Shown: in pieces, positions 51,816-61,893 of the stretch
Numbering within the stretch: position 1 is the first letter of the stretch
Layout: each line of letters starts with the position of its first letter
NCBI RefSeq assembly: GCF_938074695.1
Contig: NZ_CALJEM010000055.1
Location: 718-64,717 of the forward strand
Source: an uncultured Thermosynechococcus sp.
Lineage (GTDB): Bacteria > Cyanobacteriota > Cyanobacteriia > Thermosynechococcales > Thermosynechococcaceae
Direction of reading: 5' to 3'
Length of the DNA: 64,000 bases
Translations under genes and position numbers: made by a program
The notes under the pieces: model-generated
Seen by the model: only the letters and a program-made list of their open reading frames with translations
Databases searched by the model: none
Told to the model about the DNA's origin: nothing

Positions 51816-52894
51816 ATGTCTGCAACCAGAAGTGTTGAACGACGGTTTGAAGGGGTAGAAAAAATCGTGCGTATGAAAAACAATATGAGAACGGCAGTAA
51901 ATCACGACAGACTGATTGATTACAAAGAGTGTGAATGGTGTCGTGAACCAGATATACATGGTACTGATTGCGTATTTAATTTTAGAGCTAGTGGATGTAC
52001 CCGAATACTTTGGGAGGAAATTATTGATGGAGAGCTATTAGTGACCCGTGCCCCCCACTGGCAACATCAAACCATTTGTGGAAACTTTTACAGCCAACTT
52101 CAGGCATGGTCACAAGCAACGGGTCTCGGTCGTGCCTGCATGGGAGTGGGTGTCATGTTTAGTGCCAGCAATGATGTGATTCCAGATGTCGTCTGGCTAA
52201 GCATGGAAAAATATACGGCCTTGATTGATGACGCGAGTCATGTCCGGGGGGCACCAGACCTTGTGATTGAGGTTTTGTCTTCGGGCGCAGAAAATGAACG
52301 GCGCGATCGCCAGATCAAACTCAAACTCTACCAAAATTCGCCGCAGTGCTCCGCCTATACCGCAAAGCGGTTAGGTAGTGGTCAAGCAGCAGTCAGTGAA
52401 TCTCAGATTGTTGCTGGATATATTGAGCTAGCACCAAAAATCGGTCGCGACTAAAAGCTATAATGCACCCATGCTACCCCTGACATACAAGTACAAACTA
52501 AAACTAACTAAGCAGCAGGCCAAGCAGATCGACCACGATCTAGATAGTGTGTCGTCAAGTTTGGAATATGTATAGGCGGTGGGGCGCATCGTGCTGAAAA
52601 TGCCCCTGGAGAGGTTCTGGCGGGGGTGTCCTTTGGGGCATCTCGTCAAGACTCGGTGAACGGGGAATCTCCTGCTATACGCGTTGGCGTGAGCCTGCCG
52701 TTAGGCATAGCGTTAGCGGGATGAGCGTCAATCTAGCCAAGGAGTACTGGATTGCCGATTGGCGACGCCAAACTGTGGAAATCTTTCGCCGTGAAGCGGA
52801 ACTGCTCAAACTTGCTCTCGCCCCTGCGTCAACAACGATTAGACATCATCCTTTAGGAACGCAAAGAGCGCCCCTTGAGACAGCCCTTTTCTGA
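51816..52894 (+). pseudogene. Uma2-family (DUF820) endonuclease gene split by a 392-bp insertion
   Basis: The upstream part carries ..EIIDGELLVT.AP...H...PDVVWL...APDLVIEVLS....D...K.KLYQNS. The downstream part (52733-52894) continues LAKEYWIADWRRQTVEIFRRE.., restoring the Y-x3-x-x-x-EYW spacing. Confidence 0.65.
52341..52732 (+). mobile_element. Internally deleted IS200/IS605-family element (TnpB N- and C-terminal remnants with left and right ends)
   Basis: ATG 52471 gives MLPLTYKYKLKLTKQQAKQI.., a TnpB/OrfB N-terminal signature. 52576-52725 gives ..GGAHRAENAPGEV....SRQDSVNGESPAIRVGV.., a typical TnpB C-terminal tail. Subterminal hairpins are CCGC-aaa-GCGG (left) and GCCT-gccgtt-AGGC (right). 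Boundaries are good to within a few nt. Confidence 0.6.
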
Positions 52895-53000
52895 ACTCTT
52901 AGGAGAGGAAGGGAGCTATGACTTTTTTAACCGTTTGTGGTCGCACCCAGCACCTTTATCCTAGGCGTGGGCAAAAGGCTGGATGGTAAACAGGAATGGA

Positions 53001-54026
53001 TTAAGCAGCCGGCAATCCCAACACTTCACCGGTTCCCGCAACAACCGTGCCAATCCGCCAGCTCTCAATGCCCCACTCAGCAAAGCAGGCCTGAGCCGCT
53101 GCCACTGCTGACGCCGGTAAAACAACGGTGTAACCAATGCCCATATTGAAGGTGTTAAAGAGTTCCCCTAGGCTGACGTTTCCCATTTCCCCTAGCCAGT
53201 GAAAGAGGGGAGGGATGGGCCAAGCCTGCGGGTCGAGTTCTGCCGATCGCCCTTCCCCCAAGCAGCGGGGCAAGTTTTCGGGCAACCCCCCACCAGTGAT
53301 GTGAGCCATGCCGTGAATGGGAATCCCTTGGCCTAAGGCAGCACGAATGGGTTGGACATAGAGGCGGGTCGGTTCTAAGCACAGGTCACCAAGGGGGGTG
53401 TTGCCAAAGGGGGGATCTTGCCAACTGAGCCGGCGATCGCTGACAATTTTGCGCACTAAACTAAAGCCATTACTGTGCAGCCCAGAACTGGCCAATCCCA
53501 AAACCACATCCCCCACCTGTACCTGTGTGCCATCCAGCACCTGATCCTGCTCAACCACGCCCACACAAAAACCCGCGAGGTCATAGACCCCCTCGGCATA
53601 AAACCCCGGCATTTCTGCTGTTTCCCCCCCCAAGAGGGCACAACCGGCTGCTTCACACCCCTGGGCAATACCCGCGACCACAGCGGTCATAATCTCCGGC
53701 GCCAGACGCCCACAGGCAATGTAGTCCAAGAAAAAGAGTGGCTCAGCGCCACAGGTAAGGACATCGTTCACGCACATGGCCACCAGATCAATGCCGACCG
53801 TATTGTGGCGATTGAGCGTCTGCGCGATTTTCAGCTTGGTGCCCACGCCATCGGTTCCTGACACTAAAAGCGGCTGCCGGTAGCCCTTGGGAATTTGACA
53901 CAGCCCAGCAAAGCCCCCCAATTGTCCCACCACTTCCGGTCGTTGCGTGCGCTGCACCAAGGGGCGAATCTGCTCGACAAAAGCGCGACCCGCGGCCACG
54001 TCCACACCGGCACTGCGATAGTCCAT
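53001..54026 (-). CDS. purM: Phosphoribosylformylglycinamidine cyclo-ligase (AIR synthetase)
   Basis: [13 protein letters not shown]... and DGVGTK are present. ATG 54026 overlaps the upstream TGA. The alternative GTG start is at 54032. Confidence 0.93.
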   Translation of the reverse strand: MDYRSAGVDVAAGRAFVEQIRPLVQRTQRPEVVGQLGGFAGLCQIPKGYRQPLLVSGTDGVGTKLKIAQTLNRHNTVGIDLVAMCVNDVLTCGAEPLFFLDYIACGRLAPEIMTAVVAGIAQGCEAAGCALLGGETAEMPGFYAEGVYDLAGFCVGVVEQDQVLDGTQVQVGDVVLGLASSGLHSNGFSLVRKIVSDRRLSWQDPPFGNTPLGDLCLEPTRLYVQPIRAALGQGIPIHGMAHITGGGLPENLPRCLGEGRSAELDPQAWPIPPLFHWLGEMGNVSLGELFNTFNMGIGYTVVLPASAVAAAQACFAEWGIESWRIGTVVAGTGEVLGLPAA

Positions 54027-54520
54027 CAGCACTGCTCCTGAAGCTGGGGATAGTTGGCTTTGAGATACTCCAGTAGGCCTGCGCAGGCATCGGTGAGCAG
54101 ATCTAGCACCTTTTCAAACCCCTGGCGACCGCCGTAGTAGGGGTCAGGCACTTCCTTTGCGTCGTGGTGACGGCAAAACTCGCACATCAGCCGCACTTTG
54201 TCACGGTATTTCCCCTCAGGGTCAAGGCGTAAAATGTCATAGTAGTTTTCCCGATCCATCGCCAAAATCAGATCAAATTCTTCAAAGTCGGCAGTGTGGA
54301 ATTGGCGTGCTCGATGGGTTAGGTGCAGTCCCCGTTGCCGTGCCGTCATCACCATACGAGAATCTGGGGGATCGCCGACGTGGTAGTTGCTAGTGCCAGC
54401 GGAATCACACTGAATTTCATGCTCTAAACCAGCCTTTTTGATCAGGTCTTGCATGATTGCTTCAGCGGCAGGGGAGCGACAGATATTCCCTAAACAAACA
54501 AACAGAAGACGGATGGGCAT
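54026..54520 (-). CDS. Low-molecular-weight protein-tyrosine phosphatase
   Basis: It has the CLGNICRS P-loop (CX5R) at the N-terminus and a DPYY region. Confidence 0.9.
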   Translation of the reverse strand: MPIRLLFVCLGNICRSPAAEAIMQDLIKKAGLEHEIQCDSAGTSNYHVGDPPDSRMVMTARQRGLHLTHRARQFHTADFEEFDLILAMDRENYYDILRLDPEGKYRDKVRLMCEFCRHHDAKEVPDPYYGGRQGFEKVLDLLTDACAGLLEYLKANYPQLQEQC

Positions 54521-54530
54521 AGCGTATTTC

Positions 54531-55601
54531 CTAGGGGGCGGGCATCAGTGTGCGAATGAGGTCAGCAACCTGCTGAGTGCTGTGGGGCATGGCCAGTTGG
54601 CGGGCCTTCTCTGCCATAGCTTGTAATTTTTGCGGCTGCCCTAGCCATTCTAAAATGATCCGTCCGAGGCGATCGCCCGTCAATGCCGATTGCGGGATCA
54701 TTTCAGCGGCACCCGCACTCACCAGCACTTTAGCATTAACTGTTTGATGATCCTCAGCCGCATGGGGATAGGGAATTAATAGCGCCGGCGTTCCTGTGAG
54801 GGTGAGTTCCGCCAGGGCACTGGCGCCGGCTCGGCTAATGGCAATATTCGCGCGGTGCAACAGTGGCCCCATGGGTTCAAAGAAGGGAAAGACCAAGTAA
54901 TGGGGATGCTGAACGCTCTGGGCTTCTGGATCATTGGTTCCCGTCAGATGCACCACCCAAGCGCCGGCCTCAAGCCACACGTGAACTGTTTCCCGCACTA
55001 AGCGATTGAGGGCCACAGCCCCCTGACTGCCCCCCATCACCAGAATCAGAGGCACCTCCTTGGGAATCGGTAACGCCAAGTTGCCGGGATGGAGAATATC
55101 GGGACGCAGCGGTGTGCCGGTGACCCGTAGGTTCAGCCGTTTGGAGTGAAGGTAGGCTAAACTCGCGGAGGTTCCCAAGGCAACCAGCGTACACCAAGGA
55201 GCCAGCCAGCGGGTAACTTTGCCCGGTAGGGCGTTGGCTTCATGGAGCAGGACAACCCGCCCTAAACTGCGAGCCGCTAGGATGGCCGGCGCCGCAATGT
55301 AGCCCCCGGTGGTAAATACCCCTTGAAAGTTTCCCTGTTTTAACAACTGGCGCGTCTGCCAAAAAGCCCCCCACAATTGCCACAAGGGGCGCAGCTTTGC
55401 CCAAGGGGTTTTGCTCTGAACACCGCTAAAGTTGACGGTATGCAGGGGATAGTGGGGTGGAATTAATTGCTGTTCGAGGCGATCGCGCACCCCCAACCAA
55501 TGGATCTCGTATTCGGGCAATTGCTCTGCCACTGCCAGCGCCGGAAAGAGATGCCCCCCGGTACCACTCGCTGCAATCAGTAATTTTCCTTGTCCAGGCA
55601 T
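54531..55601 (-). CDS. murG: UDP-N-acetylglucosamine--N-acetylmuramyl-(pentapeptide) pyrophosphoryl-undecaprenol GlcNAc transferase
   Basis: [14 protein letters not shown] is the N-terminal motif. GT28 architecture. Confidence 0.93.
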   Translation of the reverse strand: MPGQGKLLIAASGTGGHLFPALAVAEQLPEYEIHWLGVRDRLEQQLIPPHYPLHTVNFSGVQSKTPWAKLRPLWQLWGAFWQTRQLLKQGNFQGVFTTGGYIAAPAILAARSLGRVVLLHEANALPGKVTRWLAPWCTLVALGTSASLAYLHSKRLNLRVTGTPLRPDILHPGNLALPIPKEVPLILVMGGSQGAVALNRLVRETVHVWLEAGAWVVHLTGTNDPEAQSVQHPHYLVFPFFEPMGPLLHRANIAISRAGASALAELTLTGTPALLIPYPHAAEDHQTVNAKVLVSAGAAEMIPQSALTGDRLGRIILEWLGQPQKLQAMAEKARQLAMPHSTQQVADLIRTLMPAP

Positions 55602-56962
55602 TAAACGTTCCAGCCCAATGTGGTCATGAACTTATCAACAAAGTTGGTATAGACAATGCCACTGCGGAACTCAGGCGTATCCAGCACTTGCTGATGAAAA
55701 GGAATGGTGGTCGGCACCCCCATAATTGCACATTCACGCAGGGCGCGCTTCATGCGGGCAATGGCAGCAGGGCGATCGCTCCCCCACACCACCAATTTAC
55801 CGATCAGCGAATCATAGTAGGGGGGGATTTCATAGTCCGTGTAAACATGGGAGTCCATCCGCACCCCAGGGCCGCCGGGCGGCAGGTAGCCGCTAATGCG
55901 ACCGGGATGGGGACGAAAATTGCGCTCGGGGTCTTCGGCATTGATGCGGCATTCAATGGCATGTCCCCGCAACTGTACCTGCTCTTGTGTCAAACTGAGG
56001 GGTTCCCCTTGGGCAATCCGAATTTGCTCAGCAATTAGATCGAGTCCCGTAATCATTTCTGTAACGGTGTGCTCCACCTGAATACGGGTATTCATCTCCA
56101 TAAAGTAAAAGTTGCCATGGCCGTCGAGGAGAAATTCAATCGTGCCGGCACCGACGTAGTTAATAGCCTTGGCAGCAGTGATAGCGGCTGCCCCCATCTG
56201 GGCGCGCAACTCTGGGGTCAGCGCAGGGCTGGGAGCTTCCTCAAGGAGCTTTTGGTGACGCCGCTGCACCGAACAATCCCGCTCGCCAAGATGGATGACA
56301 TTGCCATAGCTATCGGCAAGAATCTGAAACTCAATGTGGCGGGGATTTTCAATAAACCGCTCTAGATAGACGCCGGGATTGCCAAAGGCGGCTTCCGCTT
56401 CCCCTTGGGCAGCACTCAGGGCACGTCCCAACTCCTCTGGAGAGCGCACGAGGCGCATACCGCGCCCCCCTCCGCCAGCGGTGGCCTTGATCATCAGAGG
56501 ATAGCCAATTTTGCGGGCGATCGCCCGCGCGGTTTCCTCATCCTGCACCAAACCATCACTGCCGGGAATAGTGGGCACCCCCACCTGTTGCATGGTTTTT
56601 TTGGCGGTGGATTTATCCCCCATGGCACGCATCGCCGCAGGACTTGGCCCAATAAAGGTAATCTTGTGATCGGCGCAAATTTCCGCAAAGCGGGCATTTT
56701 CTGCCAAAAAGCCATAGCCGGGGTGAATTGCCGAAGCATGGCGGGTAAGGGCAGCGGCAATAATGTTGGGAATATTGAGATAGCTGCGGCTACTGGGGGC
56801 TTCGCCAATACATACTGCCTCATCCGCCAGTTGCACGTGCAGGGCATGGCGATCTACGGTGGAATAAACAGCCACGGTGGCAATGCCTAACTCTTCACAG
56901 GTGCGTAGAATCCGCAGGGCAATTTCGCCACGATTAGCAATCAAAATTTTCGTGAAGGCCAT
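55601..56962 (-). CDS. accC: Acetyl-CoA carboxylase biotin carboxylase subunit
   Basis: It has [14 protein letters not shown] and an ATP-grasp domain (GGGGRGMR). Confidence 0.96.
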   Translation of the reverse strand: MAFTKILIANRGEIALRILRTCEELGIATVAVYSTVDRHALHVQLADEAVCIGEAPSSRSYLNIPNIIAAALTRHASAIHPGYGFLAENARFAEICADHKITFIGPSPAAMRAMGDKSTAKKTMQQVGVPTIPGSDGLVQDEETARAIARKIGYPLMIKATAGGGGRGMRLVRSPEELGRALSAAQGEAEAAFGNPGVYLERFIENPRHIEFQILADSYGNVIHLGERDCSVQRRHQKLLEEAPSPALTPELRAQMGAAAITAAKAINYVGAGTIEFLLDGHGNFYFMEMNTRIQVEHTVTEMITGLDLIAEQIRIAQGEPLSLTQEQVQLRGHAIECRINAEDPERNFRPHPGRISGYLPPGGPGVRMDSHVYTDYEIPPYYDSLIGKLVVWGSDRPAAIARMKRALRECAIMGVPTTIPFHQQVLDTPEFRSGIVYTNFVDKFMTTLGWNV

Positions 56963-57087
56963 GGCGGTCAGCGGTAGGGGAAGCGATCCCTAATGCTACC
57001 ATGTCAGCCGAACGCTTCTGAAAAGCGGAACCGCAATTGCATTGGTGCCACCGGCAAAAACAAGTATAGGATCAGCAGGGTTTGGTT

Positions 57088-57446
57088 TGAGCAATGCCGC
57101 CGCATATCCTACGAATGAAGGGGAAGCGTCATTCCCTAGTTAGCGGCGGGTGTGATATAGTTTCCCTAACCAAGTATGGCACTATTGCCCGCCAGAAAGA
57201 CTTCTGGGGATTCGGGCAGATATAAGGCCTGCTTGGCAAGGTACAACTGAACCTGTAAGCCCTGGCATTACCCGACTTATAACGTAGGGAACAGGCCAGA
57301 AGTTGGCATGAACCACTTCAACCCAAAACCCCCAGGCAGAAATGACCTGGGGTGCTGCAAAGGCAAAAGTTCCTGGCAGTAGGCGAGAATGCCGCCTCCC
57401 TCTCTGGTAACAGGATTGGGAAGCCGCTTATCAGCGGAGCATTCAC
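57088..57446 (+). repeat. Copy B of the element of about 360 nt, immediately upstream of speA
   Basis: It is the reverse complement of 44493-44854 with about 30 substitutions and 2 single-nt indels (alignment by eye). Confidence 0.85.
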
Positions 57447-57454
57447 AGCGCACT

Positions 57455-59389
57455 ATGGCTGCTGTGTCACCCACGATGGCATTGACCGTTACGAAAACCA
57501 GCAATTGGACAATTGAGGACAGCGAGCAGCTCTACCGCATTCAGGGCTGGGGCGAACCCTATTTTGGCATTAATGCCGCAGGCCATGTCACCGTCTCTCC
57601 CAAGGGCGATCGCGGGGGGTCGTTGGATCTCTACGAACTGGTGCAGGCGCTCCAGCAGCGCAACATTGGCCTGCCGTTGCTACTGCGATTTTCCGATATT
57701 CTCGAGGATCGGATTGAGCGGCTAAATGCCTGCTTTGCCCGCGCCATTGCCCGCTATGGTTATCAGGGCACATACAAGGGGGTTTTTCCCATCAAGTGCA
57801 ATCAACAGCGCCACATTATTGAAGCCCTCGTGCACTTTGGCCAGTCCCACCAGTTTGGTCTAGAGGCGGGTTCTAAGCCGGAACTGCTCATTGCCTTGGC
57901 AATGCTCAATACCCCCGGCGCCCTGCTCATCTGCAACGGCTATAAGGATCGCGCCTACATTGAAACGGCAATTCTTGCCCGCCGCCTTGGCCACACGGCC
58001 ATCATCGTCCTTGAACAGCCGGAAGAGGTGGCGGAAGTCATCGCCGTTAGCCAAACCTTGGGGATTGAACCCATTTTGGGCGTGCGGGCAAAACTCAGTA
58101 CCCAAGGGGTAGGACGCTGGGGCACCTCCGCTGGCGATCGCGCCAAATTTGGTTTGACCGTGCCAGAAATCCTAGCTGCCGTTGAACAACTGCGGGAAGC
58201 GGGAATGCTCCATTGCCTGCAACTGTTGCACTTTCACATTGGCTCGCAAATCTCGGCCATTAGCGTCATTAAGGATGCCATTCGCGAGGCGGGGCAAATT
58301 TATGGCGAACTGGTGCGCCTCGGCGCCAATATGCACTACCTGGATGTGGGCGGTGGCTTGGGGGTGGACTACGACGGCTCGAAAACTAACTTCCATGCCT
58401 CGAAAAACTACAGCATGCAAAACTACGCCAGTGATGTCGTCGCTGGCATTAAGGACGCCTGTCAACAGCGGGGCATTCCCGATCCCATCCTGATTAGTGA
58501 GAGTGGCCGCGCCATTGCCTCCCATCAATCGGTATTGATTTTCAATGTCTTGGGGGTCAGTGAAGTGCCCAAAATTACCCCCGAACCTGCCACGGAGGAG
58601 GAGCACCTGATTATCCGCAACCTTTACGAAACTTACCAAACGATTGACGAGAATAACTACCAAGAGGCCTACAACGATGCCCTGCAATTTAAGGGGGAAG
58701 CCATTAGCCTCTTTAACTTTGGCTACTTGAGTTTACCAGAGCGGGCACGGGCAGAGAGCCTCTTTTGGGCCTGCTGTGCCAAAATCCTCGACATTGCCCG
58801 TCAGCAGGAATACGTGCCCGATGATCTAGAAGATCTTGAGAAAATCATGGCTTCCATCTACTACATCAATCTGTCGGTGTTTCAATCGGTGCCCGATAGC
58901 TGGGCCATTGATCAACTGTTTCCCATCATGCCCATTCACCGCCTTGATGAAGAACCCACAGAGCGGGGCATCCTTGCCGATCTCACCTGCGACAGCGACG
59001 GCAAAATTGACCGGTTCATTGATCTGCGGGATGTGAAATCGGTCTTAGAACTCCATCCTTTTCGTCCTAACGAACCCTATTACCTCGGCCTTTTTCTCAA
59101 CGGTGCCTACCAAGAGATCATGGGCAATCTCCACAATCTATTTGGGGATACAAACACTGTGCATATTCGTCTGACGCCAAAGGGCTATGAAATTGAGCAT
59201 TTAGTGCGGGGGGATACAATGCAAGAAGTCCTTGGCTATGTGCAGTACCAAGGGGATGCCCTATTGGAAAAAATCCGCCGTCGAGCCGAGGCTGCCCTTG
59301 CAGAACAGCAAATTACCCTGGCGGAAGCGCAGCACCTCTTAGAAAACTACGAGCGGAGCTTGCGCAGCTACACGTACCTCTCTTCTTAG
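57455..59389 (+). CDS. speA: Biosynthetic arginine decarboxylase
   Basis: WTIEDSEQLYRIQGWGEPYF is a SpeA N-terminus, with the PLP-Lys context FPIKCNQQ and GGGLGVDYDG. The start is trimmed to ATG 57455 because the ORF-track start at 57389 lies inside the repeat. ATG 57476 is also possible. Confidence 0.93.
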   Translation: MAAVSPTMALTVTKTSNWTIEDSEQLYRIQGWGEPYFGINAAGHVTVSPKGDRGGSLDLYELVQALQQRNIGLPLLLRFSDILEDRIERLNACFARAIARYGYQGTYKGVFPIKCNQQRHIIEALVHFGQSHQFGLEAGSKPELLIALAMLNTPGALLICNGYKDRAYIETAILARRLGHTAIIVLEQPEEVAEVIAVSQTLGIEPILGVRAKLSTQGVGRWGTSAGDRAKFGLTVPEILAAVEQLREAGMLHCLQLLHFHIGSQISAISVIKDAIREAGQIYGELVRLGANMHYLDVGGGLGVDYDGSKTNFHASKNYSMQNYASDVVAGIKDACQQRGIPDPILISESGRAIASHQSVLIFNVLGVSEVPKITPEPATEEEHLIIRNLYETYQTIDENNYQEAYNDALQFKGEAISLFNFGYLSLPERARAESLFWACCAKILDIARQQEYVPDDLEDLEKIMASIYYINLSVFQSVPDSWAIDQLFPIMPIHRLDEEPTERGILADLTCDSDGKIDRFIDLRDVKSVLELHPFRPNEPYYLGLFLNGAYQEIMGNLHNLFGDTNTVHIRLTPKGYEIEHLVRGDTMQEVLGYVQYQGDALLEKIRRRAEAALAEQQITLAEAQHLLENYERSLRSYTYLSS

Positions 59390-59406
59390 GATGCTCAGGA
59401 AAAGCA

Positions 59407-59793
59407 ATGCTAGGAACATTTCAGTCCAGCCATTTGCGCATTGACGTGGCAGCCAGTGCAGACCAACTGCGGGATTACTTGACGCAGCCAGCCCAGCTAC
59501 GCCGCTGGTTGTGGCCCCTCCAGCTTCAGACAAGAGGCGATCGCCTGCAAGTGGGGGAGACCTTCACCAGTGAATTCCTGTGGTTAAAACTGGAACATCG
59601 CGTGGAACTGCTCACGGCAGAGCGACTAGTCCTAGTGCTGCGGCAGGCCATTGAGGGCTGGCAGGAGTGGTCTTGGGGTGACGGTTGGGTACAGTCCTGC
59701 ATTGAAGGGGTAACCCCCCTGCCCTTGGAGTTGGGGCAGACATTTCTCCTGTGGCGACTGAAATCAGTCCTAGGCAAAGAGGCGGCCAGTTGA
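59407..59793 (+). CDS. Hypothetical protein (128 aa), possibly SRPBCC-like
   Basis: It is an ORF with native-looking codon usage, 17 nt after speA. The family assignment is not secure. Confidence 0.5.
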   Translation: MLGTFQSSHLRIDVAASADQLRDYLTQPAQLRRWLWPLQLQTRGDRLQVGETFTSEFLWLKLEHRVELLTAERLVLVLRQAIEGWQEWSWGDGWVQSCIEGVTPLPLELGQTFLLWRLKSVLGKEAAS

Positions 59794-59806
59794 GGGTGAG
59801 AGAACG

Positions 59807-60970
59807 TTGAAGCGATCGCGCCCATTGGGATGGATGTTTCTATTCTTGAGTGCCCTGCTTCTCGGGAGTTGCCAGGGTAGTGGACTGCAAAATTGGTTTG
59901 CCGCTGATCCCAATGCGGAGCAATGGGCGGGGAATCCTCCCCCGGCCACGCCCCCTTCGGCACCGACAACAACGCTGCCGGCGAATTTGCGATTTCCCGA
60001 TGCCATCCTTGTGAGTACGCAGCCGCAAGCGGGGGCACCGCAGACCACGGAAACTCGCTGGCAAGTAAGGGCACCGGCGATCGCCATTCAGCAGTTCTAC
60101 ACACGGCAATTTCAAGAATCGGGCTGGCAACTGGTGGAGCAGCAGGTGGCCGACAATACCGTCAGCCTCAAGGGGCGCAATTCTGAACTGGAAGTGCATG
60201 TTACCATCAACACCGTGCCGGAAAATAACCTCACAACCTTCACCGTGGCCTACACCCCCCTCACCGCCGCCCCTCCTCCTCCCCAATCCCACACCACCTC
60301 ACCCCAAACCTTTACCGATTTAGAGGATACTCCTGCTCCTCTACAGCCTGCTGTTCGCGATTTAGCAGAACTGGGAGTCCTCAGCACCCCCGGCGATCGC
60401 CTGCAACCCAATACCCCTATCAGTCGCGGTCAGTTTGTCCGCTGGCTGGTGACCACCTACAACCGCTTTTATAGCGATCGCCCCGCGCGGCAAATCCGCC
60501 TTGGCAACCGCAACGATACGCCAGTCTTTCAGGATGTCCCCCCTGACCATCCCGACTTTCCCTACATTCAAGGGCTGGCAATGGCGGGATTTTTACCCAG
60601 TCCCCTCAGTGGGGAGGGGGGTGCCTTCTTTCGTCCCGAGGCTCCCCTGACCCGCGAAACCCTCTTGCAATGGAAAGTGCCCCTGGATCAGCGGGGGCGG
60701 CTCAGCCCCAGCACGATTGATCGCATTCAGCAAACCTGGGGCTTCAAGGACAGTCAACGGATTGCTCCCCCCGCCATCAATGCCGTAGCTGCTGACTACT
60801 TGGCAGGAGATCTCTCAAACATTCGTCGCGTTTGGGGAGAAACGCGCTTGCTCCAGCCCCAGAAACCCGTCACCCGTGCCGAAGCAGCGGCAGCCCTGTG
60901 GTATATCGGCAATGGCACAGAGGGACTCTCAGCAGCCATGGTGAAGCAGCTACCGCCCTCTGCCTCCTAG
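59807..60970 (+). CDS. Putative lipoprotein with SLH (S-layer homology) domain
   Basis: It has the lipobox LLLGSC and an SLH-like segment FTDLEDTPAPLQPAVRDLAELGVLS. The start is TTG 59807 or ATG 59834. Confidence 0.68.
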   Translation: MKRSRPLGWMFLFLSALLLGSCQGSGLQNWFAADPNAEQWAGNPPPATPPSAPTTTLPANLRFPDAILVSTQPQAGAPQTTETRWQVRAPAIAIQQFYTRQFQESGWQLVEQQVADNTVSLKGRNSELEVHVTINTVPENNLTTFTVAYTPLTAAPPPPQSHTTSPQTFTDLEDTPAPLQPAVRDLAELGVLSTPGDRLQPNTPISRGQFVRWLVTTYNRFYSDRPARQIRLGNRNDTPVFQDVPPDHPDFPYIQGLAMAGFLPSPLSGEGGAFFRPEAPLTRETLLQWKVPLDQRGRLSPSTIDRIQQTWGFKDSQRIAPPAINAVAADYLAGDLSNIRRVWGETRLLQPQKPVTRAEAAAALWYIGNGTEGLSAAMVKQLPPSAS

Positions 60971-61014
60971 AACCTTGCTAGATTAGAAATCTGAGCCAAT
61001 TGTCACTGAACTGA

Positions 61015-61848
61015 TTGCTGCCTATGCCTTGGCCTTTTTCCCGGGGTTACCATCGTCAAATTGCTCGCCTGGAAATTACAGGGGTGATCGCTGGAGGCAC
61101 CCGTCGCCGTGTCCTCAAGGCCTTGAAAACTATTGAACAACGGCGCTACCCGGCGCTGCTGGTGCGCATTGACAGTCCCGGTGGTACCGTGGGGGACTCC
61201 CAAGAAATCTATGCCGCCCTCAAGCGCTTGCAGCCAAAAATGAAAATCGTGGCCAGTTTTGGCAATATCTCCGCCTCTGGGGGAGTCTATATCGGTATGG
61301 GGGCACAGCACATCATGGCCAACCCCGGCACCATTACGGGCAGTATTGGTGTTATCCTGCGGGGCAACAATCTCCAGCGGCTCCTCGACAAGGTGGGGAT
61401 CTCATTCAAGGTGATCAAGTCTGGCCCCTATAAAGACATTCTTGCTTTTGATCGCGACCTGACTGAGGAAGAAATCCGCATTCTCCAAGACCTCATTGAC
61501 ACCAGCTATCACCAATTTGTCCAGACTGTGGCCGAGGGGCGCAATTTGGATGTGGAAACCGTGCGTAGTTTTGCCGATGGCCGTGTCTTTACGGGGGAGC
61601 AAGCCCTTGCCCTCGGACTTGTGGATCGTCTAGGCACCGAAGAGGATGCCCGTCGCTGGCTGGCGGAACTTGCAGGACTCGACCCGGAAAAAACCAAGGT
61701 GCAGACCATTGAAGAACCCAAGTCCCCCTTAGCTCGACTGTTTCCGCGCCAGCAGGAACAAGTTCTCTTTCCGTGGCAGGCGGCTTTAGACTGGCTGGAA
61801 TTTGAAATGGCCACCAATGGACTTCCCCTCTGGCTCTATCGCCCCTAA
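61015..61848 (+). CDS. sppA: Signal peptide peptidase SppA (36K type)
   Basis: It has IDSPGGTV, the nucleophile context GNISASGGVYI and the Lys region VIKSGPYKD. The start is TTG 61015 or ATG 61024. Confidence 0.88.
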   Translation: MLPMPWPFSRGYHRQIARLEITGVIAGGTRRRVLKALKTIEQRRYPALLVRIDSPGGTVGDSQEIYAALKRLQPKMKIVASFGNISASGGVYIGMGAQHIMANPGTITGSIGVILRGNNLQRLLDKVGISFKVIKSGPYKDILAFDRDLTEEEIRILQDLIDTSYHQFVQTVAEGRNLDVETVRSFADGRVFTGEQALALGLVDRLGTEEDARRWLAELAGLDPEKTKVQTIEEPKSPLARLFPRQQEQVLFPWQAALDWLEFEMATNGLPLWLYRP

Positions 61849-61880
61849 GCTGGATACAGTACCCTTGCGGATGTCTTAAT

Positions 61881-61887
61881 GGAGGAG
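61881..61887 (+). promoter_or_regulatory. Shine-Dalgarno (GGAGGAG) for the chorismate mutase gene
   Basis: It lies 6 nt upstream of GTG 61894. Confidence 0.55.
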
Positions 61888-61893
61888 TAACCT

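Noticed and set aside
55457-56038. A 193-aa plus-strand ORF spanning the murG/accC junction, and 58172-58687 minus strand (171 aa) inside speA.
   Set aside because: Both are antisense to well-supported enzymes and no motifs were recognised.
57389-57454. The ORF-track start of speA at 57389, which would add an N-terminal MPPPSLVTGLGSRLSAEHSQRT.
   Set aside because: These codons lie inside the repeated element, and the same peptide is produced by a meaningless ORF in copy A (44356-44556). SpeA homology begins after ATG 57455/57476.
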